A stretch of DNA of 61,515 nucleotides, the filler included, from Sphacelaria rigidula (Eukaryota): NCBI GenBank assembly GCA_964200075.2. It is 10 parts of 10 records of this genome, joined end to end, with 100 filler letters (N's around TTAATTAATTAA, not from the genome) between each part and the next. Parts side by side here need not be neighbours in the genome. Positions count along the whole stretch, not along the records: positions 12,325 to 18,386 come from CAXNAA020022490.1; positions 18,487 to 24,548 come from CAXNAA020022491.1; positions 24,649 to 30,710 come from CAXNAA020022492.1; 7 more parts are not named here. One strand, 5' to 3'. Each line of letters begins with the position of its first letter. The first letter of the stretch is position 1. A program made the translations under genes and the position numbers. The notes under the pieces were generated by a model that searched no databases, was not told the origin of the DNA, and worked only from the letters and a program-made list of their open reading frames with translations. Shown here one piece after another: positions 12,325-25,042 of the stretch.

Positions 12325-12723
12325 GTGGGTTGGGTGTCTGCTGTTGGAGGTGGGTGGTCTGGCGTGTTCGTATGCGTGTGGCGGCTTGTGCGTCGGAGGC
12401 GGGGGGTATTACAAAGAAAAAATGACGGTCGAGGTCAGTTCACGCAGAGAAATTGACGTACTTTTAGTGCCTGCTTGTACGGCACAATGCATGGACCTGG
12501 AGCCCTTCGTCACGCCAGTTTCCGAGCCTGTTTGTTTGAGATATGCAACCAACAGCATAGCTGCCGCGAGCGTTTTTGCCCAAAGCCGTTAGAGCTAGAA
12601 GACTAACTAGTTATCTTATTCGACAGTAGGGCCGAAACGCTCTGAACCTGTTTGTCCGTCCTTGGATGCTACCCATGACGTCGTCTTCCGCGTGTGTACG
12701 TTTGATTTGCGCATCACCCGCAG

Positions 12724-12804
12724 CTGAAGCAGCACGCGTTTTTCGACGGGATCGACTGGCTGAGACTCACCCAAAGGCACGTCATCCCTCCTTTTATTCC
12801 CAAG
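12724..12804 (+). CDS. AGC-group (GRK-like) Ser/Thr kinase exon: end of kinase domain and AGC tail (LKQHAFFDGIDWLRLTQRHVIPPFIPK)
   Basis: cccgcag| acceptor; classic AGC K.H.FF..IDW..L......PPF.P motif; donor AAG|GCGAG (GC-type) in phase 0. Confidence 0.88.
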
Positions 12805-13409
12805 GCGAGAGTGTACACAGTTATATTCCGTGTTCAAAATCTCGACGAGATGATGCGAACGTTCTGTTGATAAGGCGATTTTCCCCGATAGTTATTGCCT
12901 TGCTCGACAACGAAGTATGGAGCATCGAGCACATCCTTGCAAGACCTTCCGATGAAATTCCCCAGGTTGTTGTCGAAATAATCACAGATAATTGAACACA
13001 CCCCTTCGAGACCTTCTGATGAATTTCCCCTGGTTATTGATTGCCGAAGTAATCTCGACAACGAGGCGTTTGCAATGAGCCGGGGCGATCATGTACCTTC
13101 TCCCCCAGGTCACCACGAGTCGAGCGCTTGGGAAACGGTCGCACGGCGAGCGTATATTGGGGCTTTCCGGTTTAATTCCATTTTGCCAAAGTGGAAGCTA
13201 CTGGTGGCCTAAGGCAATAGCCAGCCCCAACAGAATTGCGGCAGGGTCGTTGTTCATTCACATTTTCTCATTGAGAGTACACTATGGTTAGTTACGTTTC
13301 ATAAACGAATCTGTCACAGTAACGTAGACTGCTCTGGATAATTTATATATTACCCCCCGGTGCCTCGTGTATCTTTACCGCCGAATCTCTTCACGTACGT
13401 CCCATCAAG

Positions 13410-13502
13410 ATGTCACCGGTAAAGGAAGAGCCTCAGTATCCGACATTCGACCACTTGATGAAAGAGGTCCATGCGCAAGAGGAGATGGAAAGCTCACAAA
13501 GG
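13410..13502 (+). CDS. Next exon of the AGC kinase (MSPVKEEPQYPTFDHLMKEVHAQEEMESSQR)
   Basis: catcaag| acceptor and AGG|GTGGGT donor; 93 nt, phase 0-0, bridging the flanking exons. Confidence 0.7.
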
Positions 13503-14037
13503 GTGGGTGTCAAGTAATAAAAGAAATGTGGAATACCGAGTGCAGTGCGGGGGCGTCGTGTACCTAAAATGACATGGTGGGTGGCAAAACAAAATCACCC
13601 AAAATGAAGCGACGAGAAAGAGTCGCGTCTTCTAGAAAGTCGCACCACTTTGACCGACAAACCACCATGCGCTGCTTGGTTTGACAAGCTCAAGACGTTT
13701 CTGAGAATCGACTCTGTTTCTCCAAAGTACCGTCTATCATACCTTTCAACGCCGTTGACTGAGAAGCGCTTCGGAATCCTCACTGCAGAAATACTCGCAC
13801 TTGAGACCCAAGTCACTGAAAGCCCGCAGCGGCATGCAATGGCACGAATGGGTACCTTCTCAATTAACGGTTGTTCAATCGACGTGTAGTTTATTTCAGG
13901 TTTGCTAGTCATGGTACTTTTTGAGCCACTTACGTCAAGTTCACTCTGGTGTACGTGGTTTGACTCTGAGGACAATGTGCTCTGCACATTTTGCAGGGGA
14001 AGTGAAAAAATTTCGTTCACTCTAATGCGACATGCAG

Positions 14038-14175
14038 GACACGTACGACTGGTTTGTGCCGCCCACAGACGAGGACCAGGCGTTTTATAGCATGTGGGAC
14101 TTCGTGAGCATGCATACGCTCAAGATCGAGCTCGGTATCAGCAGTGAGATGGCGGTACACGATCGGAATTTCAAG
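14038..14175 (+). CDS. Next exon of the AGC kinase (DTYDWFVPPTDEDQAFYSMWDFVSMHTLKIELGISSEMAVHDRNFK)
   Basis: catgcag| acceptor and AAG|GTAAGT donor; 138 nt. Q.FY..WDFV is a hydrophobic-motif-like segment with W in place of F, as seen in GRK tails. Confidence 0.85.
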
Positions 14176-16118
14176 GTAAGTCCCTTGCGCAACCGGTGTT
14201 GCGTGGACGGTTACCGGGTGTGAACCACAAAGCTGATACACAGAGCGTACGTTAACATGTACCATTTCGTACCGCTGGCGTTTGTTTTTGTGCGTGAAGA
14301 GTCGACGTAGTCCTTCACACCTCGGAGAACAGCTGTGGCGGCTCTCTGGGCGTTGGCGAGTTGCAAGGTCGTCAACGTATCTTCTGTTGAGAATATTTCG
14401 AATACACCATACGGTTGATGAACAACTTCTCTCTCGCCGACGCTTTTGGCCTTGGATTTTATTTGGCTAACAAGAGCATTGGTTTCCCCCGGTACTGCTT
14501 TCAAACCCTCCCTTTCCTCTGGATCAATCAGAGGTCTCAAATAATTAACCTAATCCCCCCCCCCCCCCCCCCCCCCCCCACCCCCCCCACCCCCCCCCCA
14601 CTCACACCAGCGCACCACCTNNNNNNNNNNTCTTTTTCCCCCCCCCCTCCTCTCAACCCCCCCCCCCCCCCCCAACAAAAAAAAAAACAAAAAAAAATAA
14701 CCACAAACCCCCCCCCCCCCCCCCCCCAAGTACACGCCTGGCATTGTGGTACCGCGGATTAGATCATGACCAAAAACTCACGCATCGCGCCGATTTATGT
14801 GAAACATAACTCAGTCAACAAAGTTTTGTGCTACTCATGTTCTCACGCTTTTAACGACGGGAATCAGATACTGGACCTTGAAGAGAAAACTTAAGCGCGT
14901 CTGGTGGTGACAATCGAACACGCCTTCTTTCCACCCTAATGGTGTTAGTTGTTTCATTAGACGACTGTCGTGCGCCGTCTGTATCACCATACGCAAAGTA
15001 GCCGTTACCGCGAATACTTTTCACACCTCTGCATATAGTCTTGGTCCCTCGACGTTCTCTGTCAACACACCGAACTTCGCCAACTATCTCTCCGCACAGA
15101 CTTATTCAGCGGCTCTGCGATTACGTTTATCCCACGACAAACCGTCCCTCAAACCGCCCCTAGAGTCGTCCAACTCGATGGCGGAGGGCATTTCGTCTCC
15201 CTACAGCATTTGGGAATTTTGTGTACGCCACCCACACCCCATTCAGACCAAAGCGTATTTACGTAATTTTGCGCGATCCGTTCCGCTCTCCAGTGCGAAC
15301 CATCATTGCCCGGCCGACTCTCCCATCGAAAATAGAGATAAGCGGTTTGTGCGCTCTCGGGTAGAAGCAGAATGCGATGGCGAATCTTGATATCCTCCGT
15401 TCATGGTGCACCACAAGTCCGCGTCTTTGTCTTAGGTCGTCCATATAACTGTGTCCCCGGGATTAAGCAACGGTAGAGGTAGGCGAGGCAGGGCAGCGGA
15501 TCAACTTCCCCGACTGACAGGGAGAAGTGGTATTGCCCTACGACTGCGAGGGATAGACGAGAGACTGAAGGCAGCGAAGCGTACGGTTCAGAAGGGTAAA
15601 GCATGGTGTATTAACAAGAGGCTACCGTGAAGCGGTGTGAAGCTACACCTTCGAATATGAGATTCTCATTCCGTGCACTTGGGGTGCACGGCAGTAAGTA
15701 TACACCGAATTTGATGACAACATTGTTTGAAGGGAATACAAGAGCATACACATCACGCATGCCATACGCGCCTTTCATAGTTCGTCCGCCCACTACGAAT
15801 GACCTCGAAGCCCCCAATTCTGGAACCACTACGAAGCAGCACCACTGCAGTGGAACCCCACTGAAGCTCTGCCGCAGAAGAAACCTTCCGCCCTTTTGGC
15901 AAGCAAACGCTGGAGGCTGATTGCTGAGTCATTTGCAGCCATCACACCCCTTTTGATTGGTTGGTTGATTGATTGATTGGTTATCTCACATTAGGTGATT
16001 CCAACCATTCAGCCTGTGGTCAGGAGCAGCAAAAAGAAAAACAGAACAAGAAAAAAGGGAAGGAACAAGAAAGGACAGAAGCAATAGTCACAGAAAGGAA
16101 AGAAGAAAGGAAGCAGCG

Positions 16119-16126
16119 ACAACAAC

Positions 16127-16191
<65 letters not shown>
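16119..16191. repeat. (AAC)n microsatellite
   Basis: Directly visible, about 20 perfect units. Confidence 0.95.
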
Positions 16192-17469
16192 TGTTTATCT
16201 CGCATGATGTACCTGGTTGCAACACTCCAGCTCGTGATAAAAAAAGAACAATGTGGAGAAAAATGAAAGAAGATAAAAAATAGAAGAATGAAACTTAGAG
16301 AAAGGAATACAAGATACAAGAAGCCTTTTGTCGCGTCTTCACCGCGAAGGGGACACTTTCAATGCTCGTGCTATCCCCTTACATCATGATGACTTGAGAT
16401 AAGCTCGTGAAGTACTACTGACTGTAGGTTCAACTCCTACAATCCGACTATCGAACGATCGCGCCGTGAATTCGATGTAATGCAAGGTGCGACAAATACT
16501 GGGAGATGACACACCGCAAACTTCCGGTCATGCGAGGAGAAAGAGCGCCAATCGGCAACGAAAACGCAGCAGTGGGGGAGCAGCCCATGCGTGACGGTCA
16601 CCTGGAACGACCAATCGCGCCTTTCGGCACCACCGTACAGTTAGTTGGAGCGAGGGAGATGACATGAAGGTTTCCGATTGCTGAAGAGGGAAAGCTGAAT
16701 GTTAATTGGTTCACGGACCATTGATAGTTGTGTGGAAAAGGAACAAACCCCCTCTCGATTCCTTCCCCGGGACAGAACCAGATAGATCAATTTTTGACGC
16801 GTTTACTGGTTCAATTCTTGTCGTTCATTTATTCCTGTTGAAACTGTAGCCTGACTGGGGGTGCAGATGAACACCGCAACAATGACAGGAGTAAACCAGG
16901 TCCTTAGTGAACCGAACAGGCATTACTTGAGAAGTAACCATATTGCCGTGCGGTCACCGCCTGAGACGGAAATAGAAATGACAGATAATTTCAACTTTTG
17001 TCCATTCGCTTTTGCTGAGAGCCTGACTCACGTAATTTGTAGTTTGTTGATGTTTATCGTTGTGTAGGTTTAGACCTTCGTCGCGTATCTAAGCGGTGAT
17101 ATCCAGCCTACGCCTTCAATACAATACGTCCACGGTGACACGGTGCTCAGTTGTACCGCTATATGGTGTGCAAGTTGCAGGGTAGCCGGCAGTTCTGGTC
17201 CTGTAGTCTCTGACGATGACTAGGCGTCGTCTTTGATAATTCTGAAACCCTTTGCCTTTGTAGATTCAGAAGGGATGGAGGTTGTATGTTGCTGTTACTG
17301 TTTACCCTACTTTTAACGTGTGAGGACCAGAAGAGCCCTAAACATAGCTCACTACCATTAAGCACCCAACATAAGTTGATCATTTCGCCTGAAACATCCC
17401 ACCTTGTGATGGGACTCTGATTTATCATGAACACACGGAAGTGGTGAATTGAAGACTCCCCCCCTCCCG

Positions 17470-17765
17470 TGAGACACCCATGAGGCAGTATGAAACCCGT
17501 GGCTGTCCCTGGAAGTGGCGATGCCAGAGAATGAAGCAACTCATTGGAGGCTGTCATACGCATGCAAGATAGTCAGTACGCTTCGGACCGAACAAGCTTC
17601 ACAGGATGCAGCTCACCCTTGATGCGACTCGCCGAACACATCACGGCGCTTCGCGCTTGATGACTAATTGTGAGCCTGGTCCGGCGAAAACGCGGCGTGC
17701 TCCGGCCGGGCTTTGTAGGGATGCAAGGTCAATGGCCATATGACCACGACATGCAAGATCATCAG
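17470..17765 (+). mobile_element. LINE family B 3' region (continues as atgagt plus C-tract at 18300 after a MITE insertion)
   Basis: Homologous to 21334-21560(-), 20093-20138(-) and 61376-61468. Shares gggatgc..ggtcaatgg...atgagtac with the family A 3' end. Confidence 0.65.
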
Positions 17766-18299
17766 TAGTAGTGGGCGGTAGAACTACTCATTTTGTGGCG
17801 TTTTGTGATTTTTTCGTGAATGGCAATTTTCTTGGGCACTTTTCGCGTGCCACCGCTTATCGCATTGGGGATCTGAAGATATTTGTATCCGCTTCACATT
17901 CCAAGAAAAAAAACATCTGTAGTCAATGTTGGGTGACTTACGGGTTGACCGGTCGTCGGAGGTCCTGTCACGTTTCAGCCCAGATTCTCACTCTTCGATA
18001 CTTTCGGTCGGTCGAGCCTATCCCGGTCATAATTGTGAAGAAATGTACATTTACATATACATATATATATGCATTATAGCACCATAGCCGGAAAAATGTG
18101 TTTCACGGTCAATAAAACCCCCTGACAAACGAGACCGCCCGATAACACCAACGAACACTGACTTGGGCACTGTGTTTCGAGGATGATCTGTTTATTGTAC
18201 TAAAATCTACCGACCCTAGCATATTTCGAGTTCTATCGAAGAGTAGTACGCGAGGAAAGCCCCCAAAACACGCCTGAATAGTTAGACCGCCCACGACTG
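17766..18299. mobile_element. MITE with TIR (C/T)AGT.GTGGGCGGT; a second copy lies at 39617-40156 in the opposite orientation
   Basis: Terminal inverted repeats tagtagtgggcggt / accgcccacgactg; the internal sequence is shared with 39617-40156. Confidence 0.75.
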
Positions 18300-18386
18300 A
18301 TGAGTCCCCCCGCCCCCCCCCCCTCCTCCTCCGCGGACCCCCGATAGGGTTGGCGTCGCTTGGCGATGACGCTGTAAAACACGCCA

Positions 18387-18486
18387 NNNNNNNNNNNNNN
18401 NNNNNNNNNNNNNNNNNNNNNNNNNNNNNNTTAATTAATTAANNNNNNNNNNNNNNNNNNNNNNNNNNNNNNNNNNNNNNNNNNNN
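18387..18486. other. Artificial contig linker
   Basis: N-TTAATTAATTAA-N spacer. Confidence 0.98.
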
Positions 18487-19145
18487 AATCCCTAGGCTTT
18501 GTTTTCAGCGCTGCAGCCCAGGTACACGCAGTCCAGACACGTGGAATGGCGCAAAAGTTGCGTGAATACCCCTTGGACCAGCGGTCAACTTTTTCTTCTC
18601 CATTTTGGGCAATCAGGCCGAAGATATCGTGGATTTGGTGATTCGAATCCGTGATGATTCGTCCTAACCGTGCACAGATAGTACCGAAGGGTATTCTACC
18701 CTGCAGTACATAATATTCTCTCATTTCAAATCCCGGTCGTCACAACCGCCTTGTTGTCGCCACGTATTGTTGGTCGGTGTTTGCTTGCGTGTGGGATGCA
18801 CTCACGTCGTTACTCGGGGTAATGTAATATAATAGTACGAAAAACAAAAAATAAAACAGGGGCGAAAACCGAGTCATATCACATGGGCTTTTTTTTAACG
18901 TTACTGCATTTTTTTTATTTTATAACAGAGATCGCGTGGCGGCATCTCGTCGCGGGCTTGGCCACGTCCTACTCAAAAATCTTCTGAACAAACTCGTACC
19001 TCCAGACAAACGAGAAATAAATTTTTAAAATGTGTGTGATCTGTCACACACCGCGGGAAACAATACTTTGTCTTACATCGGTGACAACGATGGCCTACGA
19101 TCACTATCATGACACGTTCCCAGCGAGCTGAAAAACAGGACAATA

Positions 19146-19762
19146 CGAGCTGAGCCAGCTTGAAAGCGGCTAAAAGTTGCTCACACCACAGCTTTCTCAG
19201 TTTCCCGAATGAACCCGATGTAAGCATATCACTGTGGGTTGCAGAGTCTCCTGATGACAAAGGACTGCGTCGCTGTTCGATTGGCGTCGTATTGCCGATG
19301 ACGTTTTTGTACTGCATAGAGTACGGGGTGCGTCTCATATCGTCGGGCGATAGCGTGTCGGAGTCCTTCTTTTTTTTCGATGCGGTGTGTTCACGTCAGC
19401 AATCACCCCGCACTGGGCATTTGTAGGGTGCAGCAGCGTCACGCAAAACGTTGCACGCACGGCCCAATTCGACGACTCTTGAGCTGAAATTACACGAAGA
19501 CCTTCTGCACACAAGGAAATGGTACATCCCAGGAGCAGCTGCAGATCCTCATTTTTTCCTGGACTTGCGACATTATTTCGTTTTTTCTGAAATGTCAAAT
19601 CCCCATAACTTCGTGTTTTTTCCTTTTTTTCTGTGCTACTCTCGTCATATTCTGCATGTCGATCATAATAAGCTGCTGTCAAACTTACAGCGTCCAACTC
19701 CTGATTTTACGCCGTGCGTCGCCTGAGCGAGAAAAGTACCCGTTGTTGGCTGGCCCAGCTCG
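19146..19762. mobile_element. Tc1/mariner-type MITE (TA|CGAGCTG.GCCAGC...GCTGGCCCAGCTCG|TA)
   Basis: TIRs with TA on both sides. A second copy lies at 36972-37465, and the same terminus occurs at 21103, 48122 and 55693. Confidence 0.75.
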
Positions 19763-20138
19763 TAGAGGGGTGCCGAATGTCAAAGGTATTGGACAAAATG
19801 GGGGTACCAAATGTTAAGAGCAATCAAGGTAAGGCGACAGCAGACAAACCAAGGAGGGGTACTTTCCCCACGTCGCCAGAGAGGAGGAGGTACCCATAGC
19901 GCCGCCGGCAAACGGTAGCCTGCTATGTTGATCGCTAGTGCAGTATCGGGAGAACCGATTTTCCGTCACAGAAGCGTCGTTCGAGAATCCCAGAGCGTTC
20001 TCAGCAAACATGAGGTGAGACAAATTGGCGGGTAACCTGCGAGCCCATACGCCAAGGCCTCACGTCTGTTGTACCCGTTTTTCATCCAACCGAGGGGGGG
20101 GGGTGTACTCATGATCTTACATGGCGTAGTCATATGAC

Positions 20139-21325
20139 TAGGGCTGTGAACTTGCTGCTCTGGCCAGTCAAGTTTAAACTGGCCGCGCCAGCGGCCAGTA
20201 CGTCGATGTTTTTACAGTTAACTGGAAAAACATCGGCGGCGAGCGGATAAGCTGCGAGCCGCAAACGACCCCCCCTCTGGCTGGTGAGGGGGGTTTGCGG
20301 GAGCACCACCGGAGACGAGAAAAAATGCGTTATTTGGCGCGTTTTTCCTTCAAAAGTGTTGAAAATTGTAAAACATGTGACCCCTCATATTGAGGAGCCT
20401 AAAGTCATAGATAACAGTCAAATCTCATTCAAAGCAGTGAGCGATTTGAACATCATTAATCTGTAATATATGCAGCGGCAGGCTCTCCGTCAGGAGAGAA
20501 GGACGCAAACAAGCGAAGGCTGGCAGCACGCGGGGATAAGGTATGCTAAAAAACAATTGGGCCTTCATTTCTCGGGGGTGGAAGAAGTTCGGGCGTTCTC
20601 GAAGAAAAGGTGGTCGTTCCAATACTAAAACGCCGTAAACCAGTGAAAAAAAATATAAACCTGATCCACTTGTTTTTGTTCCTTATGCCCTAGCGAGGTC
20701 CCACACAAAGTTGCGATACATAAACACCAAACGTGGGCGGTAAGTGGCCTGCACAATACTGTTGCGAAATTTTGCCTACCCGGATTTTAAACGGCTCATT
20801 CACAATTTAATGCTTACAGTTGGACCCTAAGATTTGGTATGGAAAATCAACAGGGCATGATAAAGAACGTTACGCGTGGACCCCAAGGGTTTTTTCTTCC
20901 ATGAGTTGAAGGCAATAATCAGTTTTCAGGTGTCAGAAAAATGCCGTTAAATGATGAAGAACAAATGTTTGGGTCCACGCGTATCCGTTTTTTTATGTCC
21001 TATTGATTGTCCATACTGTACCAAATGTCAGGGTCCAACTCCAAGTATTAACTTACGAATGGGCCTGCGAACTTCAAACCCGCTCCTAGGCTGGCCCAGC
21101 TCGTACCACGAGTACTGCTGTCAGATGCAGGCCCCAATTCCACCACCATTTTGTTCGTAATAGTGTAGGCATCTTCGTTATAAACTCACAATACTAATCG
21201 GTATAAATATAGCCGGTAACGGCAAACTTCAAATAACTGGATAAACTGAAGTTCTCATCACCAGTTCCAGTATACTCCAGTTCCCGTTTAATCGCCAGTA
21301 CAAACTGGTCCAGTTCACGGCCCTA
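20139..21325. mobile_element. Non-autonomous hAT element (TAGGGCTGTGAAC...GTTCACGGCCCTA) inserted in a LINE-B 3' end
   Basis: TIRs plus an 8-bp TSD, CATATGAC (20131-38) / CATGTGAC (21326-33). A second partial copy lies at 56340-57390. Confidence 0.85.
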
Positions 21326-22299
21326 CATGTGACTATTCCGCCGGACCAGGCTCGCAATCAATGACCAAGCGCGAAGAGCCGAGATGTTTTCTGTGAGTCG
21401 CATGAAGGGTGAGCTGCATCCTGCTAAGATTGCTCGGTCCGAAGAGTACTGGTTTTTTGCATATAGATGACAGCCTCCAATGAGTTGCTTCATTTTTTGG
21501 TAAAACCACTTCCGGAGACAGCCATTGGTTACACACTGCCTCATGGGTGTCTCGCCATGGGAACACTGAGAAATATGATCATGCATTTGCGCGGGATTGA
21601 GCTTCTCTCATCCCGCGCAAGATGATCTAGCTCGACCACAATCATGGTTACCGCAGAAAAATGCAGCAAAACAAAATCGGTATCCTGGTTGCCTGGCTTA
21701 CGCAGTGAGTGGCGTGTTTTACAGCATCGTCGCCAACCGGCGCCAACCCCGGTGGTCCCTTCTGGTCGTTGCAGGGAACCAAAAGATGCGCCCCGCAAGT
21801 GTTCAACAGAAACAAAAAACCGCAACCCCCCGGTGGAGCCACCGTACTTTACCATTGACTCATGTACATTTACAACGCATATGTTCCAACGGGCAGGTCA
21901 GGTAGGGGGTATAACCGATATTGTGGCGTTTTGAAAAATGGAGATTCGACCCATGAACAGAGCAGCAGTCAGCCCAGTACTGTTGTTTCCCCCCTCACTA
22001 AAGCCCATACAAGGCATCGTGACTGACTCAGGCAGGTGATGTGCGACTTTCCAAAATACCACAATATCGGGTATACTCTACGCGACACGCCCGTGATATA
22101 TTCATATTCATATATCTTTGAAATGTGATGGCAGGTGACGTCCACCAACAAAATTATGCGCGAGAGACACACGCTGTAACGATGACAAAAAGCGAACATC
22201 GCCGAGGAGATAAATCGGGGGAAATGTGCATCAAGTGGCGCGTATGGTCGTGTTTCATGGGAGGACAAATGCATTTCCCTCTGTGGGCAGGCTGTATAC

Positions 22300-22428
22300 C
22301 TGGACAATCTCTCGCTTGAAGAACTCGTACTTGTGGGATTTGATTCCCGCATCCGTAATGCTCTGGAGACACAGCAGTCGGAGCACCGACAGCGGCGGCT
22401 CTTGCATGCTAATCATTTCCTCGATCAC
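22300..22428 (-). CDS. VPS33: Exon of vacuolar protein sorting 33 (Sec1/Munc18 family)
   Basis: Pyrimidine tract, gaccag| acceptor and CAG|GTATAC donor; 129 nt. VIEEMISMQEPPLSVLRLLCLQSITDAGIKSHKYEFFKREIVQ matches the VPS33 IEE.I..Q.P...VLRL.CLQS....G.K......KREI.Q segment. Confidence 0.88.
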
Positions 22429-22832
22429 CTGGTCACGATGCAAAACGGGAGAGAAAAAAAGGGGGGGAGAGAGAGAGAGAGAGAGAAAAGCAACAATACA
22501 AAAAGAGGCACGCACTCAACAATAACAACTATTTATTTTTGAGTACACGAAAGCGATTCAAATTTCCAATGTCTGATCTGTTTACAGAAGGTATACCCGG
22601 GAGTAGGGGGTTTTGAGATGGCATACTATAGACTGTACTAAACCATATACCGAATATGTGTACCGACACTTCGGTATGATCCGGCAGGGTATCGAGCCTT
22701 GTTCCCATAGATATCTGTCTTCTCTTCAATAAATACCCGGATCTCGGTCGGTACACCGTACAGAACACAACCTCGCAAACTTTCTACTGTCATGTACAGT
22801 ATTCAAACGATTAATACATGGGATTTAAGCCC

Positions 22833-23315
22833 GTCGCCCCGGTGGTTCAGTTGGTAACCTCGTAACCTTTTGACGGTTGAGTAGTGGTGTTCGATTCCCG
22901 GAGCGAGCGGGGATTTTTTCTCACACCATGCCCAACAGTGGAGAGCGACTATGTCGTGAGTACACAAAATTCGACTCAACGGTCGACGACGGAAAGGAAG
23001 GCAAGCACCGCAGAGGGAAGGTGGGGCATTAGAAACAAATGAAAAAGAAAAAGCTGCTGTGTTCACCTTCCTCCTCTGTGACCCTGGCTGCTGCGCCCAC
23101 ATATACCGGTGTGTACACAAAATTCGACTCAACGGTCGACGAAGGAAAGGAAGGCAAGCACCGCAGAAGGAAGGTGGGGCACTAAAAACAAATAAAAAAT
23201 AAAAAAGCTGCTTTGTTGACCATCCTCCTCTGCGACCCTGGCTGCTGCGCCCACATATACCGAAAGGTGTAGACTGGCGCCCAGAATAAATGGGACGACA
23301 ACAAGACAACACAAA
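22833..23315 (+). mobile_element. tRNA-derived SINE (family 1) with an internal ~150-bp tandem duplication
   Basis: Pol III A box TGGTTCAGTTGG and B box GTTCGATTC, followed by a non-tRNA body shared with 42604, 1668 and 27228. Segment 22960-23108 is repeated at 23113-23262. Confidence 0.85.
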
Positions 23316-23521
23316 CGAACTCCAAAAAGGAAATCGTGGAATATGACAACTTTCGGCCCTTTGAATGCGGAGTGCATGGCTAAAATTTCCCGGTGAGTCA
23401 ACGTACGTATACATGAACACATGTAAACGTTTTTTAATTGAATTTAGTGCACGAGCGCTCCTGCAATGAAGACCCCTATTAGCCCCGCAGTCAATCTCGG
23501 TAGCAGAGGAACGAGGAAAAG

Positions 23522-23558
<37 letters not shown>

Positions 23559-23677
23559 GTACGACATACCTTATACACCTTGTCATCCTCAATAAACGGA
23601 ACGGGAGACCGTTGAATAAGGTCATAGAGCATCCCTGACCAAAGACTTCGAAAATGCGTCGGGTTTTTTTTCCCCAC

Positions 23678-23798
23678 GCCCAGGACGATAGATTACGTTG
23701 TCAGAAAGTGTACCGCGTACAGTATGTGATATGTTGTCTACTGCAATAGACGCAACAGTCGACACTTTCTGACAGTGTGTTTTATCATTGTCCTGGGC
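23678..23798. repeat. Small hairpin / mini-MITE
   Basis: gcccaggacgata..gtcagaaagtgt versus acactttctgac..tatcattgtcctgggc inverted arms. Confidence 0.6.
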
Positions 23799-24548
23799 AT
23801 GTTTTTTGCTGTTGGTCAAGAGACTCGAACATCTGTCCAGCTCACCTGATTTCTCCAGGACCGCAAGAAATTGCCGAGACGAATTTGTTACGCGTGGATC
23901 CCTTCCTCGACCATTTTGCTATCGTGACAGTAAGCGAGAGGATGGCGTTCCCTCCCTGCCCCCTCCCCGAATACACAAACCGGGACGCCCTCAACATTAA
24001 AATCAGTCTCTAGTGCAACGGGTACTGGGCGACTCCACGGAGAACAAAAATCAAGCCGAGTTCACAAAGTAACACCGACCTTGCATCCAGCCAGAGCAAC
24101 GCGTCAACAGTCAAAATACAGGGGGAATTAGAGCCAGGACCCCGAAACACCAGTACGCCTGTAACTCGTTGTGATTGTTGTTTTTTTCACAGCGAAACCA
24201 TCAACTGTCGCTCAGGAACAGTGTGCAAAAAGGTTAGTGTCAATCATTACCCCAATTTCCCAACCATATACGATGCTGCTCAAGTGTCATGGTCAAAGGT
24301 ATACAAGACTCCACACGTCGAACAGCTTATGAACTACCTCAGATAAGTAATCCAAGAGGACCCCAAACCTCCGTTGTCCAAGAACACAAAATACGTGACA
24401 AGCGAGGTCCGAGAAGTCAAAGCGCTATCGTTGCGCCTCTCCGCGTGCTTGGCGTCCAGCACCGTAGGGAGCAAATATGGAAAAGAAAAAAAAAGGGCGG
24501 GGGGGGGGAGGGGGGGAAGTGATCTAGCTCAAGAAACAGATCGAGAAA

Positions 24549-24648
24549 NNNNNNNNNNNNNNNNNNNNNNNNNNNNNNNNNNNNNNNNNNNNTTAATTAA
24601 TTAANNNNNNNNNNNNNNNNNNNNNNNNNNNNNNNNNNNNNNNNNNNN
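24549..24648. other. Artificial contig linker
   Basis: N-TTAATTAATTAA-N spacer. Confidence 0.98.
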
Positions 24649-25042
24649 AAAACAAATTTGGACAATCTTTGAGAAACTAAGAAATTACGGATGATGCATA
24701 CTTCTGACGCTGACTACTGTACAGCTAGCTACCCGTCGATATCTTACTCAGGGATATCAGAGGCTTCAGTGGCAAGCTACAACAGAGAGCGTATCGGGCC
24801 TCGTCCAGGGCCCGGAGGGGCATTTTTCTGAACTGAAACTATTTCAGTGATTGACCGCTTTTCACTCTCAATCCTTTCCTTGAGTCTCTTAATCTCACAG
24901 GAACATTGTTGTAGATGTCGGGATGTCTAACGCCAAGTACCGATCATCCCAGTCTGTTTCAAGCGTTCGTTGGTATTTGGCGACGGGCTGGACTCTCATC
25001 CTGGACTGACGACCCTGAGCAACCTACTGGACAATCAATCCC

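Noticed and set aside
18297..18345. CTGATGAG...GTCC/GGAC resembling a hammerhead ribozyme core
   Set aside because: There is no GAAA after stem II. The motif is the junction of a MITE TIR (..gactg) and the LINE-B terminus (atgagt plus C-tract).
22836..22910. tRNA genes (also at 42604 and 51790)
   Set aside because: A and B boxes are present, but there is no complete cloverleaf or acceptor stem, and each continues into a multi-copy body. They are SINE heads.
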